DNA of 64,000 bases from Myxococcota bacterium (lineage in GTDB: Bacteria; Myxococcota_A; SURF-8; G963663525). This document shows positions 20,759 to 31,430 of this stretch, piece after piece. Each line of letters begins with the position of its first letter. Position 1 is the stretch's first letter. The stretch covers positions 192,001 to 256,000 of the forward strand of contig CAXXVK010000060.1 of the NCBI GenBank assembly GCA_963676915.2. The letters are read 5' to 3'. The notes under the pieces were generated by a model that saw only the letters and a program-made list of their open reading frames with translations, was not told the origin of the DNA and ran no database searches. Made by a program: the position numbers and the translations under genes.

Positions 20759-23110
20759 CTAGAAGGCTTCGAAATCTTTGTCGATGGCGTCATCGCTTCC
20801 GTCGAGAAGCAGTTTTACGCCTTTGGTGTCTCCGTTGCCGTGGTTGGAAGGCGGCGACTTTTTGCTGCTTGTGCGTGAAACGGGGCTTTTCATGCTTTGC
20901 CTGAAAGCCGACGAACCGGATCGCTTGATCTTGAAGAACGAGGCCGATTGCAGCAGTTGCTCGCCTTGACCAGAGAGTTCTTCGCTGGTGGCGGCCAGTT
21001 CCTCGGTGGAAGCGGCGCTTTGCTGGATCACCTGGTCGAGCTGGTGAATGGCCTGGGTTACCTGCTCGATGCCGTTGGCCTGTTCCGAACTGCTGGCGTT
21101 GATTTCACGCACGAGGTCGGAGGTTTTCTGAATCACCGGCACGATCTCGTTGAGCAATCCACCCGCTTTTTCGGCGATTTCCACGCTGCTTTCGGAGAGT
21201 TCGCCGATTTCTTTGGCGGCAGTCTGACTGCGTTCGGCCAGCTTGCGGACTTCGGCGGCCACCACGGCGAATCCCTTGCCGTGTTCCCCGGCGCGGGCGG
21301 CCTCGATGGCGGCGTTCAGCGCCAGCATGTTGGTCTGGCGGGCGATTTCCTCGATGATGTTGATTTTTTCGGCGATGCTCTTCATCGCTCCGACGGTTTG
21401 TGTTACCGCCGCGCCGCCTTCTTCGGCATCTTCTGCGGCTTTCGAGGCGATGGACGCGGTTTGCTGCGCGTTGTCGGCGTTCTGCTTGACGGTCGCGCTC
21501 ATTTCTTCCATCGAGCTGGAAACTTCTTCCACGCTCGAAGCTTGCTCGGAAGCGCCCTGCGCCATGGATTGCGAAGACTGGTTGACCTGCTCCGCTCCGG
21601 TAGCTACTTGACCGGCTGCCGATTGCACGTCTTCGGCAAAGCGGGTGAGATTGCCAATCATGTTGTTGATGTTGTCGGCGATTTTCTCGAAGTTTGCGGC
21701 GATTTCAGCCGTGTCGTTATCCGAATCGGCCACTTGCACGTCCACGTTCAGATCGCCTTCGGAGACTTTACCCAGTGCAGTAACCAGCTTGCCGACTTCG
21801 CCTTCCTGGTAATTGGCCTGCTTTTTCGCCACTCGCGCCGCTTCGCGAACGGCGGTTTGATCGATGATGAATTCAAACGCCGCCACGGCATTGCCGCTTT
21901 CGTTTTTGATCGGCGTGGAGATGTAATCGATTTCCATCCGATGATCGCCCGGTGTGGCGACGGTGGAGCTTTCCGTCATTTTACGGGTGTTCATCGCTCG
22001 TTCGCTGGCGCAGTTGGCCGTCTGGCATTCTCCACCTTTCAAAGAATGGTAGCATTTGGTTCCCAGCATTTTCTCCGGTGTGCTTCCCGAAATATTCGCC
22101 AATTGCTTGTTGGCAAACAGAATATTGAATTCCTCGTCTACGCCGAGCACGGGAATCGGCACGTTGTCCAGATGTCCAACCAGTTCGTCGGTAAGACCGT
22201 TGATGCCGTCCACCATTTTCATCCAGGCGCCTTTGTATGCCGAAGAATCGCTGCGTTCGGTCAGACGCCCGGCCTTGACGTTGGCGCTCATACCGTTGAC
22301 GTCATCCAGCAGTTTTCGCAATACCCCAATGACTTCGGCAAGTGCCGCCATCATCTGGCCGATTTCGTCCAGGCTTTTATCGGTGATTTCCTGGTCGATT
22401 TCTCCGGCGGCCATCGCGGTCATCATGGACGAGGCATTGTTGAGCCGTTTGGCGATGGTGCGACTGATCCACCAGGCGAGTGCTGCGCAAAACAGCGTCA
22501 AAATGAGAGAAAACACCAAAATGCGGTTGCGCCAACCCGCGATTTCCTCGTTGACGTCTTCGATATACATGCCGGTCCCCACAACCCATTGCCAGGGTTC
22601 GAAATACTGAACGTAGGAAATCTTCGGCACGATGCGGTTTTTCTGGTCTTTGTACTGCCACATGTAATCGACGAACCCAGCTTTGTCGCTCAAAGCCACG
22701 TCCACCATTTCCTCGAACATCTTTTTGCCGTGCGGGTCTTTGTTGTCCCTGACGCTTTTGCCTTCGAGCGCTAGGTTGAATGGGTGCATGACCATGATGT
22801 GGTCGGTATCGTTGATCCAGAAATAGTCATTCATTTCGGGACCATAGCGCACAGAACGCACGGCTTCGGCGGCTTGTTTGCGGCCTTCTTCATCGGTGAG
22901 CGTTCCGGCCACAACCATGTCATGATAATGCTTGACGACAGATACAACGACTTCGGTCTGCTCCTTTATTTTTTCACGTTTCTTGTCTACCAGTCCGTCG
23001 CCGAACTGGGGAACGATCCAACCCATGATGGAGCCAATGAACAGGGTAATGATAACGAAGCTCAATGAGAGGATTTTCCAGCCGATCTTCAGGTTCGAGA
23101 AGAATTTCAT
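20759..23110 (-). CDS. Methyl-accepting chemotaxis protein, sCache_2 sensor plus cytoplasmic PAS
   Basis: DYFWIND...[25 protein letters not shown]; [20 protein letters not shown]; C-terminus DFEAF. Confidence 0.93.
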   Translation of the reverse strand: MKFFSNLKIGWKILSLSFVIITLFIGSIMGWIVPQFGDGLVDKKREKIKEQTEVVVSVVKHYHDMVVAGTLTDEEGRKQAAEAVRSVRYGPEMNDYFWINDTDHIMVMHPFNLALEGKSVRDNKDPHGKKMFEEMVDVALSDKAGFVDYMWQYKDQKNRIVPKISYVQYFEPWQWVVGTGMYIEDVNEEIAGWRNRILVFSLILTLFCAALAWWISRTIAKRLNNASSMMTAMAAGEIDQEITDKSLDEIGQMMAALAEVIGVLRKLLDDVNGMSANVKAGRLTERSDSSAYKGAWMKMVDGINGLTDELVGHLDNVPIPVLGVDEEFNILFANKQLANISGSTPEKMLGTKCYHSLKGGECQTANCASERAMNTRKMTESSTVATPGDHRMEIDYISTPIKNESGNAVAAFEFIIDQTAVREAARVAKKQANYQEGEVGKLVTALGKVSEGDLNVDVQVADSDNDTAEIAANFEKIADNINNMIGNLTRFAEDVQSAAGQVATGAEQVNQSSQSMAQGASEQASSVEEVSSSMEEMSATVKQNADNAQQTASIASKAAEDAEEGGAAVTQTVGAMKSIAEKINIIEEIARQTNMLALNAAIEAARAGEHGKGFAVVAAEVRKLAERSQTAAKEIGELSESSVEIAEKAGGLLNEIVPVIQKTSDLVREINASSSEQANGIEQVTQAIHQLDQVIQQSAASTEELAATSEELSGQGEQLLQSASFFKIKRSGSSAFRQSMKSPVSRTSSKKSPPSNHGNGDTKGVKLLLDGSDDAIDKDFEAF

Positions 23111-23146
23111 GATGCGGTCCTTTCACACAGGAGTATTGAATGCCGA

Positions 23147-25286
23147 CTAGGATTGCGCCGAGAGATCCTCGGTCTTCTCTTTGATTTTTCGGTTTTTACC
23201 GATGGAAACTTTTTCATCCATGTTGGCCATGCGTACGAGGCCCAACACGTCTACGATCAACGCCACATTGCCGTCGCCCATGATGGTCGCGCCGGACAGC
23301 CCGACGACATCCTGGTAAATACGTCCGAGGGATTTGATAACCGTCTGGTAGTCGCCGATCACCCGGTCCACCACCAGTCCGACGCGCTGGTCGCCGTGGT
23401 TGACGATCACCGCCTCCTCGATTTCCGGCCGGATACCTTCGATCCAGAACGTTTCGCGCAGGCGCACGAACGGCAGCAACTCGCCCCGGACCTGAATCAG
23501 ATTTCGTCCACGATCCAGTGCGATGGTTTCCGGTGTCATTTCAATGCATTCCACGATGGCATTGATGGGAATGACGTATTTTCCAGCCCCGATTTCGACC
23601 AGCAGACCGTCGATGATCGCCAGCGTAAGAGGCAGGTAGAGATCGATTCGCGTGCCTTTTCCCGGTTGGCTGTCGATTTCGATCGATCCCCGCAGGCTTT
23701 CGATTTCCCGTTTCACCACGTCCATTCCCACGCCGCGTCCGGAAATCGATGTAACCGATTCCGCCGTGGAAAAGCCGGGGCGCATGATGAGGTTGAAAAT
23801 TTCTTTTTCGGTCAAATCTTCGTCGGCGGCGATCAAGCCTTTTTCGATGGCTTTGGCGCGAATGGCTTCGGGGTTCAGTCCTTTTCCGTCGTCTTCGATG
23901 GAAATCACCACGTTCGCTCCCCGATGCATGGCGGACAGGCGGATCGTGCCACGCTCCGGCTTTCCGGCTTCCAATCGTGCTTCCTGGCCTTCGATACCAT
24001 GGTCCAGGCTGTTGCGAATCAGGTGCACCAGGGGGTCTCCGAGGCGGTCGATGACGGTTTTGTCCATTTCCGTCTCACCACCCTGGGTGACGAGATCGAT
24101 TTGCTTGTTCAGTTCCGACGAGAGGTCGCGTACCAGGCGACGGAAGCGGCTGAACGTCCCGCCGATGGGCATCATGCGGATATTCAGCACGATATCGCGC
24201 AATTCTCCGGTCAGGCGATCCACTTCCTCCACCGGAGAATCGAGTTCGAGACTGTCGATTTTCGAGGCCACGCGGGACAATTGCGCCTGGGTGATGACCA
24301 GCTCGCCGACGAGATTGATAAGGTTATCGAGTTTGTCGGCGGGAACGCGAACCGTTTCTCTGGCAGTGGCTTTGTTGAAAGCCTGCAACGCTTTCTGTTC
24401 TTGAAGCGCCGATTGGATTTTCGTCTTGGAGACGCCTTTTGTCTCGGAGAGAAGATCGCCAATACGTTTTTGCGTTCCTAAAACCTGTTCGATATCTTCC
24501 GCTTTGGCATCGCCACGATCGACGAGAATTTCTCCCAACCGTGGGATGTCTTCGGCTTCTTCTTCGGAAATACGCCGAATATCGATTTCGCATTCATCCT
24601 CGACGAAAATGAACACGTCGCGGATGTCGTCCTCGTTGTTGGAGGTGGTTAGGACGATATCCCAGGACAAATAGCACCTTTCCGGGTCGATTTCGTCCAG
24701 CGGGGGAATGGCTTCGAGGTTCGTGATGACTTCGCATTCCCCAAGCCCTTTTAGCTCGTCGATCAGAAGTGCCGGGTCCATTCCCCTGGAAAATATTTCG
24801 GGATCGCCTTGGAAACGGACCCGGTACACCTGTTTGCTGGGAGGAGCGGCTTCTTCTTCTGGTTTTTGCTCTTTCGTCTCTTTCATCGCCTTTTTGGCGG
24901 AACGCGGCATCAGTTCGTGCAAACGCTCGATAATCTTCAGGTTTTGCGTATGGCTGACGCTCGGACCACCCTGGCTTTGGTCGAGCATGGCGCTGATTTG
25001 ATCGCGGGAGATCAAAATCAGGTCGATGAAATCTTTTGAGATTTTCATCTTTCCTTCGCGCACGAGATCCAACGCGGTTTCGACGTGGTGGGTAAAGTCC
25101 GCGATGTCGTCGAACCCGAACATCGACCCCGAACCCTTGATCGTATGCATGGCTCGGAACAGCCGGTTGACCGCATCGATGTCCTCGGGATCGGACTCGA
25201 TATTCAAAATGCACTCCTCGATATCCGTAAGGAGTTCTTCGGCTTCCTGCAAAAAAAACGTCGGCAAAGTTGGCGGATTCACTCAT
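23147..25286 (-). CDS. cheA: Chemotaxis histidine kinase CheA (apparent +1 indel near the start)
   Basis: LFRAMHTIKGS Hpt, HLIRNSLDHGIE, GRGVGMDVV, CheW domain. Likely true start ATG 25286 (MSESANFADVF-LQEAEE) is put out of frame by the T8 run at 25251-25258; the ORF track starts at GTG 25282. Confidence 0.93.
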
Positions 25287-25311
25287 GGTATTAAATCCTT
25301 ATAAACGAGGG

Positions 25312-25677
25312 TTATTTCAGGACTTTCTTTACGACGGAAACGAGTTGGGGCGGCTTGAACGGCTTGACGATCCACCCTGTGGCCCCCGCCTTTTTTCCTT
25401 CGAGTTTTTTTCCGCTTTCCGATTCGGTCGTCAGCATGACGATGGGAATGAACTTGTACTCTTTCCGGCTGCGGACCTCCCGGATGAGTTCGAGTCCGTT
25501 CATGTTGGGCATGTTCAGGTCGGTGATGAGCATATCGATGGTGTCGTTCGTCAATTTGGAGAGCGCATCCACGCCGTCTTCCGCCTCGACCACATCGTAT
25601 CCGGCCTGCTTGAGCGTAAAGCTCACCATTTGCCGCATACTGGTCGAATCGTCGGCTGTCATGATTACCTTGCTCAT
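25312..25677 (-). CDS. cheY: Chemotaxis response regulator CheY
   Basis: MSKVIMTADDS, TDLNMP, MLTTES, GWIVKPF; own AGGAG RBS inside the 207-aa ORF. Confidence 0.92.
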   Translation of the reverse strand: MSKVIMTADDSTSMRQMVSFTLKQAGYDVVEAEDGVDALSKLTNDTIDMLITDLNMPNMNGLELIREVRSRKEYKFIPIVMLTTESESGKKLEGKKAGATGWIVKPFKPPQLVSVVKKVLK

Positions 25678-25678
25678 G

Positions 25679-25993
25679 TCAGATCTCCTTCGCTTGCGTC
25701 TCGAAGACGGCACCGAATTCCATTCCCCGGCGTTGGAAAACGCCTCGTGCACGACTTCGTTGTCACCTTGGACCGTTATCTTTTTGTCATGTATTTCCGA
25801 ATACTTGAGAGTAGATAGCAGCACTTGCAATCCCGCCGTATCGCAGCTCTCGACGGCGGAAAGATCAAGAACCAGCGAAGGAGACTGTTCGAACGCATCC
25901 AGCAGCGTTTGTCGGGTCTGTTCGACTTCGCTCACCTTGAGCGCTCCTTCGGTTCAAATCGACGGTTTTCGTCTTCTTCGGTTTTTTCGACAT
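25679..25993 (-). pseudogene. STAS-domain protein with two apparent indels
   Basis: EGALKVSEV...LDLSAVESCDTAGLQVLL STAS motif; ATG 25993 with RBS is one base out of frame at about 25954; a likely native end MEFGAVFETQAKEI* (TGA 25681-25679) lies in another frame. Confidence 0.7.
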
Positions 25994-26008
25994 CGGATTC
26001 CCTTTCGA

Positions 26009-26320
26009 TCAGAAAAGCTCGAAATCTCCCAAATCTTCATCATCTTGATCATCGAATAATTCGATATCCGTTTCTTCCGACGAATCCTGCGATTCGTCCT
26101 TGGTTTTTTTGAATTGTTCGTGCACGTCCCGTTCGCTTTGCATGGTGTAGCGATCAAGATGGTTCTGGAGGTGCTGCGAATGCTCCGTCGGGTCGTCCGA
26201 CATCAACGGTTCGATACGTTCGGCGAGTTGATTCAACTCGCTGAGAATCGAGGCGAAAGCGTTCTCCAATTCACTCAGGAAAACCAACTCGTCTTCCGCT
26301 TCGTCGAAGCGAGCACCCAA
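26009..26320 (-). CDS. C-terminal fragment of the cytoplasmic MCP-like protein
   Basis: RYTMQSERDVH...ELF tail typical of the MCP-like gene preceding STAS-cheY-cheA; joins 26275-27825 if the A6 run at 26329-26334 is A7. Confidence 0.75.
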   Translation of the reverse strand: MGARFDEAEDELVFLSELENAFASILSELNQLAERIEPLMSDDPTEHSQHLQNHLDRYTMQSERDVHEQFKKTKDESQDSSEETDIELFDDQDDEDLGDFELF

Positions 26321-27825
26321 AAGATCGGTTTTTTGAAAGCCCGTTGTGAGGATTCGCGATAGATCTGATAGGACTGGATGATTTCATCCACCACCTGATC
26401 CACATCGGAAGCGTTTTCGTTATCGCCTTCTTTGCTGCCGGAACGGGATTTGATGGTGGATACCATATCGGCCAGACCTTCGAGAGCCTGAACGACCTGG
26501 AACACCTGTCCCTCGGAATCCTTCGACAATTCCTGCACTTCTTTGGCCAGAATCCCCAGCGACAACCCGGCATCGCCCAACTGGCGGGACATGATGATGG
26601 CGTTGAGCGCTTGCAGACTGAGCATGTCCGAAATCGACCGGACTTTCTTGATGTGCCCGGCGACCTGGTTGGAAGATTCCACGGCATCGTCGAGAGCGTT
26701 GGAAAGACGCAAACCCAGGCGTTCGCCGTCTTTGAGCATGCGACTGACCGCCTGCAAAAGTGCTCGTAACCGACTGAAAGGATTGGAAGTTCTCTGTCCA
26801 CCCTGGGATTTCTCGCTGCCGTGAGCCAGGCTGTCGATATCCTTTTTCAGCCCGTCAAACGAGTGGCTCAGTTTCATTCGGGCATCGTGAATGTCTTCGA
26901 GCACACCTGAAATCTGCGTGATCTGCAACCGCACCAGCACGTTGATTTCCGAGAAACTTTCAATATTATCAATATCTTGCAGTGCTTCTATAACGTGCTC
27001 GATGCGCTGGCGGGTGATATCGTTGAACTGGATCGCCACCACCGCTTCGGCGACTTTTTGGGAAATCTCTTTCGAACGCTGTTCGATATCCGAAAGGCGC
27101 TCCTGCGAAATATGGAACAGTCGCTCGATTTCCGTCGTCGCTTCTTCGGCGTCGAACACCGCTTTGCTGAGCATCGTTTCCAGTTTTTGCGCGCCGCTGT
27201 CGAGTTCCGAACCGATGCCGCGCAAAATGGCGCGAACGTCGTCGATGTTTTCGGTGAGCAGTTCGGCTCGATCGCTGATGTCTCTGGAAAATCCTTTGAT
27301 TTCGAGGGAATAGTCTCCGAACATTTTATCGGCGTTGTCGGAGCGGGTGGATTGGATGGAAATGTTGATGCCGAAAATACCCAGACGCCAGGCGATTTCC
27401 TTGATGTTGCTGATACCCAGATCGAGCGTTTTCATCAATGAAATCAAGGTGCCTACGTTGTCCCGGCTTTGGAAAACGCCCGAGCTGGCATTGCGCAGAC
27501 GTTCGATGGCTTTCATCACCAGGCTACGGATGTCCACCACGGCGCAGTCGCTCGATTCCAGATCCAGGGATTTTCCGGCTTTCTTCGAGATTTCCGCAAC
27601 TTCCTCCGCGCCGTTGTAAAACACCTGCAACGCCGAACCGAGACGAACGAAATTCGGTTCCGAGTTTGCATTGGCTTCTTTCAGGCGGTCGATCACCTCT
27701 TGCATGTGCTGTCGAATATCAACAAGAGGTTCAATCAATGATGTTGAATTGTCGGAAGTGGAGAGCAACATACATCCTGTTTTCGTCACCCGGACCCTAT
27801 CCCGGTCCGGTTTGTTTTCGATCAT
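26275..27825 (-). CDS. Cytoplasmic MCP-like protein with two degenerate signalling hairpins (N-terminal part, frameshifted)
   Basis: GIFGINISIQS, IQFNDITRQRIEHV, LQALNAIIMSRQLG..G..LGILAKEVQELS. Confidence 0.8.
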   Translation of the reverse strand: MIENKPDRDRVRVTKTGCMLLSTSDNSTSLIEPLVDIRQHMQEVIDRLKEANANSEPNFVRLGSALQVFYNGAEEVAEISKKAGKSLDLESSDCAVVDIRSLVMKAIERLRNASSGVFQSRDNVGTLISLMKTLDLGISNIKEIAWRLGIFGINISIQSTRSDNADKMFGDYSLEIKGFSRDISDRAELLTENIDDVRAILRGIGSELDSGAQKLETMLSKAVFDAEEATTEIERLFHISQERLSDIEQRSKEISQKVAEAVVAIQFNDITRQRIEHVIEALQDIDNIESFSEINVLVRLQITQISGVLEDIHDARMKLSHSFDGLKKDIDSLAHGSEKSQGGQRTSNPFSRLRALLQAVSRMLKDGERLGLRLSNALDDAVESSNQVAGHIKKVRSISDMLSLQALNAIIMSRQLGDAGLSLGILAKEVQELSKDSEGQVFQVVQALEGLADMVSTIKSRSGSKEGDNENASDVDQVVDEIIQSYQIYRESSQRAFKKPIFWVLASTKRKTSWFS

Positions 27826-28239
27826 GAAAACATTGTTCTCTCCGGTCGTTCACCGTTTCAGATGAATGCTTCGGAGAAAACTCGAATTTTCCACGTGGTT
27901 CGAGGAACCATCGCTACTAGACGAATACGGTCTGTCGAAGGATTTCTTGAGTTTTCTAGATGCAAAGGTAAGTTTTTTACTTGGAAAAAGTATCCGACGA
28001 TCGGAATTGGAACGCGATCGACTCCCTTGAAATTTTCTTGAAGATTGTTGGAAAACAGGACATGAAAAAGTGAGGTAAAAACCGATAACATATTGTTATT
28101 ATATGTTTATTGTAGAAAATTTAAATATTCATCATCTTTAGGTTTACGCAGGCATTATATGTGTTAATTCAAATACATACAGGAAGAAATTAATACATTC
28201 AGTGCAGTTGTGTTTTCCTGTGGATTTTTCGATTGATTT

Positions 28240-28324
28240 CAGTCTGTCGAGGATGAAAATTGAGAAACAAGGGAAAAAGTAAAAGGTTTTCAAATGGAAG
28301 GTGATTCTTCATGAATTATGCGGG
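28240..28324. mobile_element. Right-half remnant of the 176-bp MITE
   Basis: CAGTCTGTCGAGGATGAAAAT...TTCATGAATTATGCGGG, abutting copy C through CTAG. Confidence 0.7.
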
Positions 28325-28328
28325 CTAG

Positions 28329-28504
28329 CCCGCATTATTCATGAGGATCGTCGCGAGACGCCGAAAACCGAAGATCTTTCACGAAGTTGGAGCGATTTTT
28401 TAACGGAAGCAACCTTGGCAGGTTGTTGAGTATAAAAAATCGGGGAAACGAGTGAAAGATCAAGAGTTTTCAAGTCGTAGTAGATTCTTCATGAATTATG
28501 CGGG
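28329..28504. mobile_element. 176-bp MITE copy C
   Basis: Near-identical to 6565-6740; CTAG on both flanks. Confidence 0.88.
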
Positions 28505-29205
28505 CTAGCGGAAGGCTCCAACAAACGTTTTGCCTGGAGGTCGGCTTGTTCGATGTCATTTCGTAAACGTTCGAGATAGGAAGCGAGATCCTCTTGACGG
28601 GTATCGGATGGAACCTGAAACGGAGCGCCCTCGACGAGAGCCACCCGTGCGAAAGGCGGAACCACCCGGTAGCGATCCCAGCTTTTTTCCAAAAGTATCC
28701 CCGGCGACGACCAGCCGCCCAAAGGGACGATCCATGCTCCGGTACGTCGGGACAACTCGACCGCGCCCCGCTTGGGTTCTCCTTTCGGACCTCGCGGGCC
28801 ATCCACGGCCAGGGCGGCATGATATCCCTCTCGAAGGCATTGGGTCATGGCGTCCAGGGCTTGTGCCCCTCCTCGGCTGGAGGAACCGCGCACCACATGA
28901 AATCCCAATCCTTCGAGAATACTGGCCTGCAACGCCCCGTCACGAGACAACGAGGCCATCTGCACCATGGGTGTCGGGTGAGGATAGGCAAACAAACCGA
29001 GTTGACGACCGTGAAAAAAAGCCACGATGATCCGTTCGCCACCGATGAGCACGTCCGTCACGTTTCGATGAGGTACGAAAACACGCCGCCAGCTCGACCG
29101 CAGCGCACGAATCAGTTTTTGCCCTCCCCAGGCTAGTGAAACGTGGTGGGGTTCGAGAAAAAACTCATCGTTTGTGGAGCATTTTTCATGCATGTATAGA
29201 TTCAC
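28489..29205 (-). CDS. DUF374 / lysophospholipid acyltransferase family protein
   Basis: FFHGR, MASLSRDG, VRGSSSRGG, AVDGPRGP, KSWDR; the stop codon lies inside the MITE. Confidence 0.85.
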   Translation of the reverse strand: MNLYMHEKCSTNDEFFLEPHHVSLAWGGQKLIRALRSSWRRVFVPHRNVTDVLIGGERIIVAFFHGRQLGLFAYPHPTPMVQMASLSRDGALQASILEGLGFHVVRGSSSRGGAQALDAMTQCLREGYHAALAVDGPRGPKGEPKRGAVELSRRTGAWIVPLGGWSSPGILLEKSWDRYRVVPPFARVALVEGAPFQVPSDTRQEDLASYLERLRNDIEQADLQAKRLLEPSASPHNS

Positions 29206-29315
29206 GGGAGAACTTGTATCGTTCTAAACGTTTGATGGCTTTTCCAAAAACCGTGCGCTACAGTCTACCGTACGAAACGCGAAAGACTGTGTTTTCAATC
29301 TGTTGCACCGTCTCC

Positions 29316-30551
29316 TTACTTTTTCGCCTTTCCTCCCCAGCCCTGCTTCAACACACGGATGCCGTTGCGGTAGAGAATCCGGTCGATTTCGTCGTCCGAG
29401 AAGAATTTTTTCATTTCCTCGACGATGCCGTCGATCTGATCCGGGGTGAAGCAGTCTTTGAAGGGGTCGGTCAGACCGTCGAAATCCGTTCCAATGCCGA
29501 TGCAGGATACATCGCCGACCAGATTGCGGATGTAGACCATGTTTTCGACGATATCCTTGATGCCTTTTCCGTCCGAGCCGTAGCGTTTCACCGGGTCCAC
29601 CAGCCAGCGACGCGACAGAATCAACCCTACGATGCCGCCGAGTTTGTGGATACGGCGGATTTCGTCGTCGGAAAGGTTGTATTCGTGGTCGAAGAAATGT
29701 TTTAGGCCGACGTGCGAGGCCACCACCGGTCGGTTGTATTCTTCGCAAAGATCGTAAATGGCGTGACGGGCATGTTCCTGGCAGTGGGCGAGATCGATGA
29801 GGATGCCCATGTCCAGCAGTTTACGGGCGAAAGGTTCCGCAAGCTTCGACGGATCACCCCAGGTCCAACTGGCTCGTTTCATCTGGAAGACGGTGTCATC
29901 CCGACGAGGAACGATGCGGCCACCCTTTTTATGGGGAATGTACTCGGTGCCGTCGGTCTGGGGACAGAACATGTTGTCCCAGAAATGCCCAGGGGTGATC
30001 ATGGACACACCACGTTCCTTGAGGTAGTCGAGGCGGCTTTTCGTGCGCTCCCAAAAATATTCGACCGATTCGTCCTTGCCCGGTCCGTACCCCAGCGCGT
30101 GCGATCCCTCGATCGCGTGGACCATGGCGATTTCATCCTCGGCCAGCGTGTCGAGATCCTCGACGCGGGTCACCATTTTCAAGCGTTTTTCTCCAGACCG
30201 CGCCCGCTTGTTGGTGTTGATCGCCGATTGCTCCAGCGTGTCCATCATTTTCAGCAGCGTTTCCCAGGGATCGGCGGTTAGCAGCGGTCCGTAAAACCAC
30301 GGGGCGAACGTCCAGGAAATCGCTCGAAAAGGCGCTTTGATCCCTTTGCCGACGAAACCCGGCTCGATCACGTAATGGGCGCAAAGCATGACTTTTTCAG
30401 GACTTTTCTTGAGATTTCCCCAGCGCGTGCGGAAACTCAGGGGGTTCCAGAAACTTCCCGAATAGACCAGCGCCCGAAAGGATTTGCGCAGGTAGGGAAG
30501 ATAATACATTTTCAGACTGGGATGGACGTGCAGGTCCAGCAATCGACTCAT
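29316..30551 (-). CDS. Membrane dipeptidase (M19) family amidohydrolase
   Basis: DLHVH, HAIEG, IDLAH, VASH, NLSDDEI, IGIGTDFDG. Confidence 0.85.
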   Translation of the reverse strand: MSRLLDLHVHPSLKMYYLPYLRKSFRALVYSGSFWNPLSFRTRWGNLKKSPEKVMLCAHYVIEPGFVGKGIKAPFRAISWTFAPWFYGPLLTADPWETLLKMMDTLEQSAINTNKRARSGEKRLKMVTRVEDLDTLAEDEIAMVHAIEGSHALGYGPGKDESVEYFWERTKSRLDYLKERGVSMITPGHFWDNMFCPQTDGTEYIPHKKGGRIVPRRDDTVFQMKRASWTWGDPSKLAEPFARKLLDMGILIDLAHCQEHARHAIYDLCEEYNRPVVASHVGLKHFFDHEYNLSDDEIRRIHKLGGIVGLILSRRWLVDPVKRYGSDGKGIKDIVENMVYIRNLVGDVSCIGIGTDFDGLTDPFKDCFTPDQIDGIVEEMKKFFSDDEIDRILYRNGIRVLKQGWGGKAKK

Positions 30552-30619
30552 AGGTCACCTCTGCAATCGCGTTACGAATCAACCCGCGAAAAGCGCCGTT
30601 CGTTCTCCGTAGGTCGCCG

Positions 30620-31426
30620 TCAAGGGGATACCAGATTGTTCCGATCCGGCAAGCCGATCAACCACCGGCTCACCATTCGCCACCCGGCCGGATCGACCAG
30701 ATAGCTGTAATGTGTAAAAGGCGTTGCGTCTATGGCTTCGCTGCCCGGCAGAATCGCCGAACGGGCAGGAAGAATCATTAAATCGCCGTCACTCCAGAAA
30801 CTAATGCTTTTTATGGCCGTAGGCCATGTTTTTTCGTTCAATTTTCGCATCAAATCGCTATTGGGACGCAATTGGCGCGTGATCTCGGTGTTGGCGAAAC
30901 GGGCCGCGTGGGTTCCCTGATGGGGACTGCCCAGGGTGGTCAACGTGGCGGTGCGTTGATCCAGGCCCAATTCCTGAATCGCAAAACGGCAGACGATACC
31001 CCCGAGGCTGTGCCCGACGAGATCCACTTTTTGTTCTCCCGTCACGTCGCACACTCTTTCCACAAACCGCACGAGCGACCGCGCCATCTGAACCACATCC
31101 CGATCCTCTTCGAAATGCACGCTGTAGCTGCGAGTGCGTCCCAATAACGTTAAGTAGGCGGCATGACCGAGAAAATTCCCCCGGTTCCCTCCCAACCCGT
31201 GGACGAAAACCAGGGGCCGGTAGCCATCGTATTTTTTGAAGCGCACGGGATCGGTTTTCGGAGCCAGCAGGCTCAGTCCCAACAACGGGGTCTGGAGCAG
31301 GTGCCGACCCACATCGGGATCGACCTTGCGTAAAAGATCCACCACGGCTTGAGCCAGAAAAGCCCCCGCTTTTCCGGTTTGACGAGAGAGCTTTTTCAAC
31401 GGAAAACTGCGGCTGGCAGGAATCAT
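30620..31426 (-). CDS. Alpha/beta-hydrolase (lipase/esterase, PGAP1-like)
   Basis: FVHGLGG, VGHSLGG, LGSPHQGT, catalytic Asp and His candidates. Confidence 0.88.
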   Translation of the reverse strand: MIPASRSFPLKKLSRQTGKAGAFLAQAVVDLLRKVDPDVGRHLLQTPLLGLSLLAPKTDPVRFKKYDGYRPLVFVHGLGGNRGNFLGHAAYLTLLGRTRSYSVHFEEDRDVVQMARSLVRFVERVCDVTGEQKVDLVGHSLGGIVCRFAIQELGLDQRTATLTTLGSPHQGTHAARFANTEITRQLRPNSDLMRKLNEKTWPTAIKSISFWSDGDLMILPARSAILPGSEAIDATPFTHYSYLVDPAGWRMVSRWLIGLPDRNNLVSP

Positions 31427-31430
31427 CGAG

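Noticed and set aside
20897-22774. Long + strand ORFs (also 42946-45174, 35589-36974, 48920-50173)
   Set aside because: Antisense shadows of well-supported genes caused by codon bias; no motifs.
25312-25935. Novel STAS-CheY fusion (207 aa)
   Set aside because: cheY has its own RBS and ATG, and an out-of-frame TGA sits just before it; best explained by an indel.
28141-28170. dif-like site
   Set aside because: Only a weak XerD-arm match and no convincing XerC arm.
27830-28240. Sigma28 promoter or c-di-GMP riboswitch ahead of the che operon
   Set aside because: No correctly oriented and spaced consensus found; CCGATAA at about 28082 is on the wrong strand.
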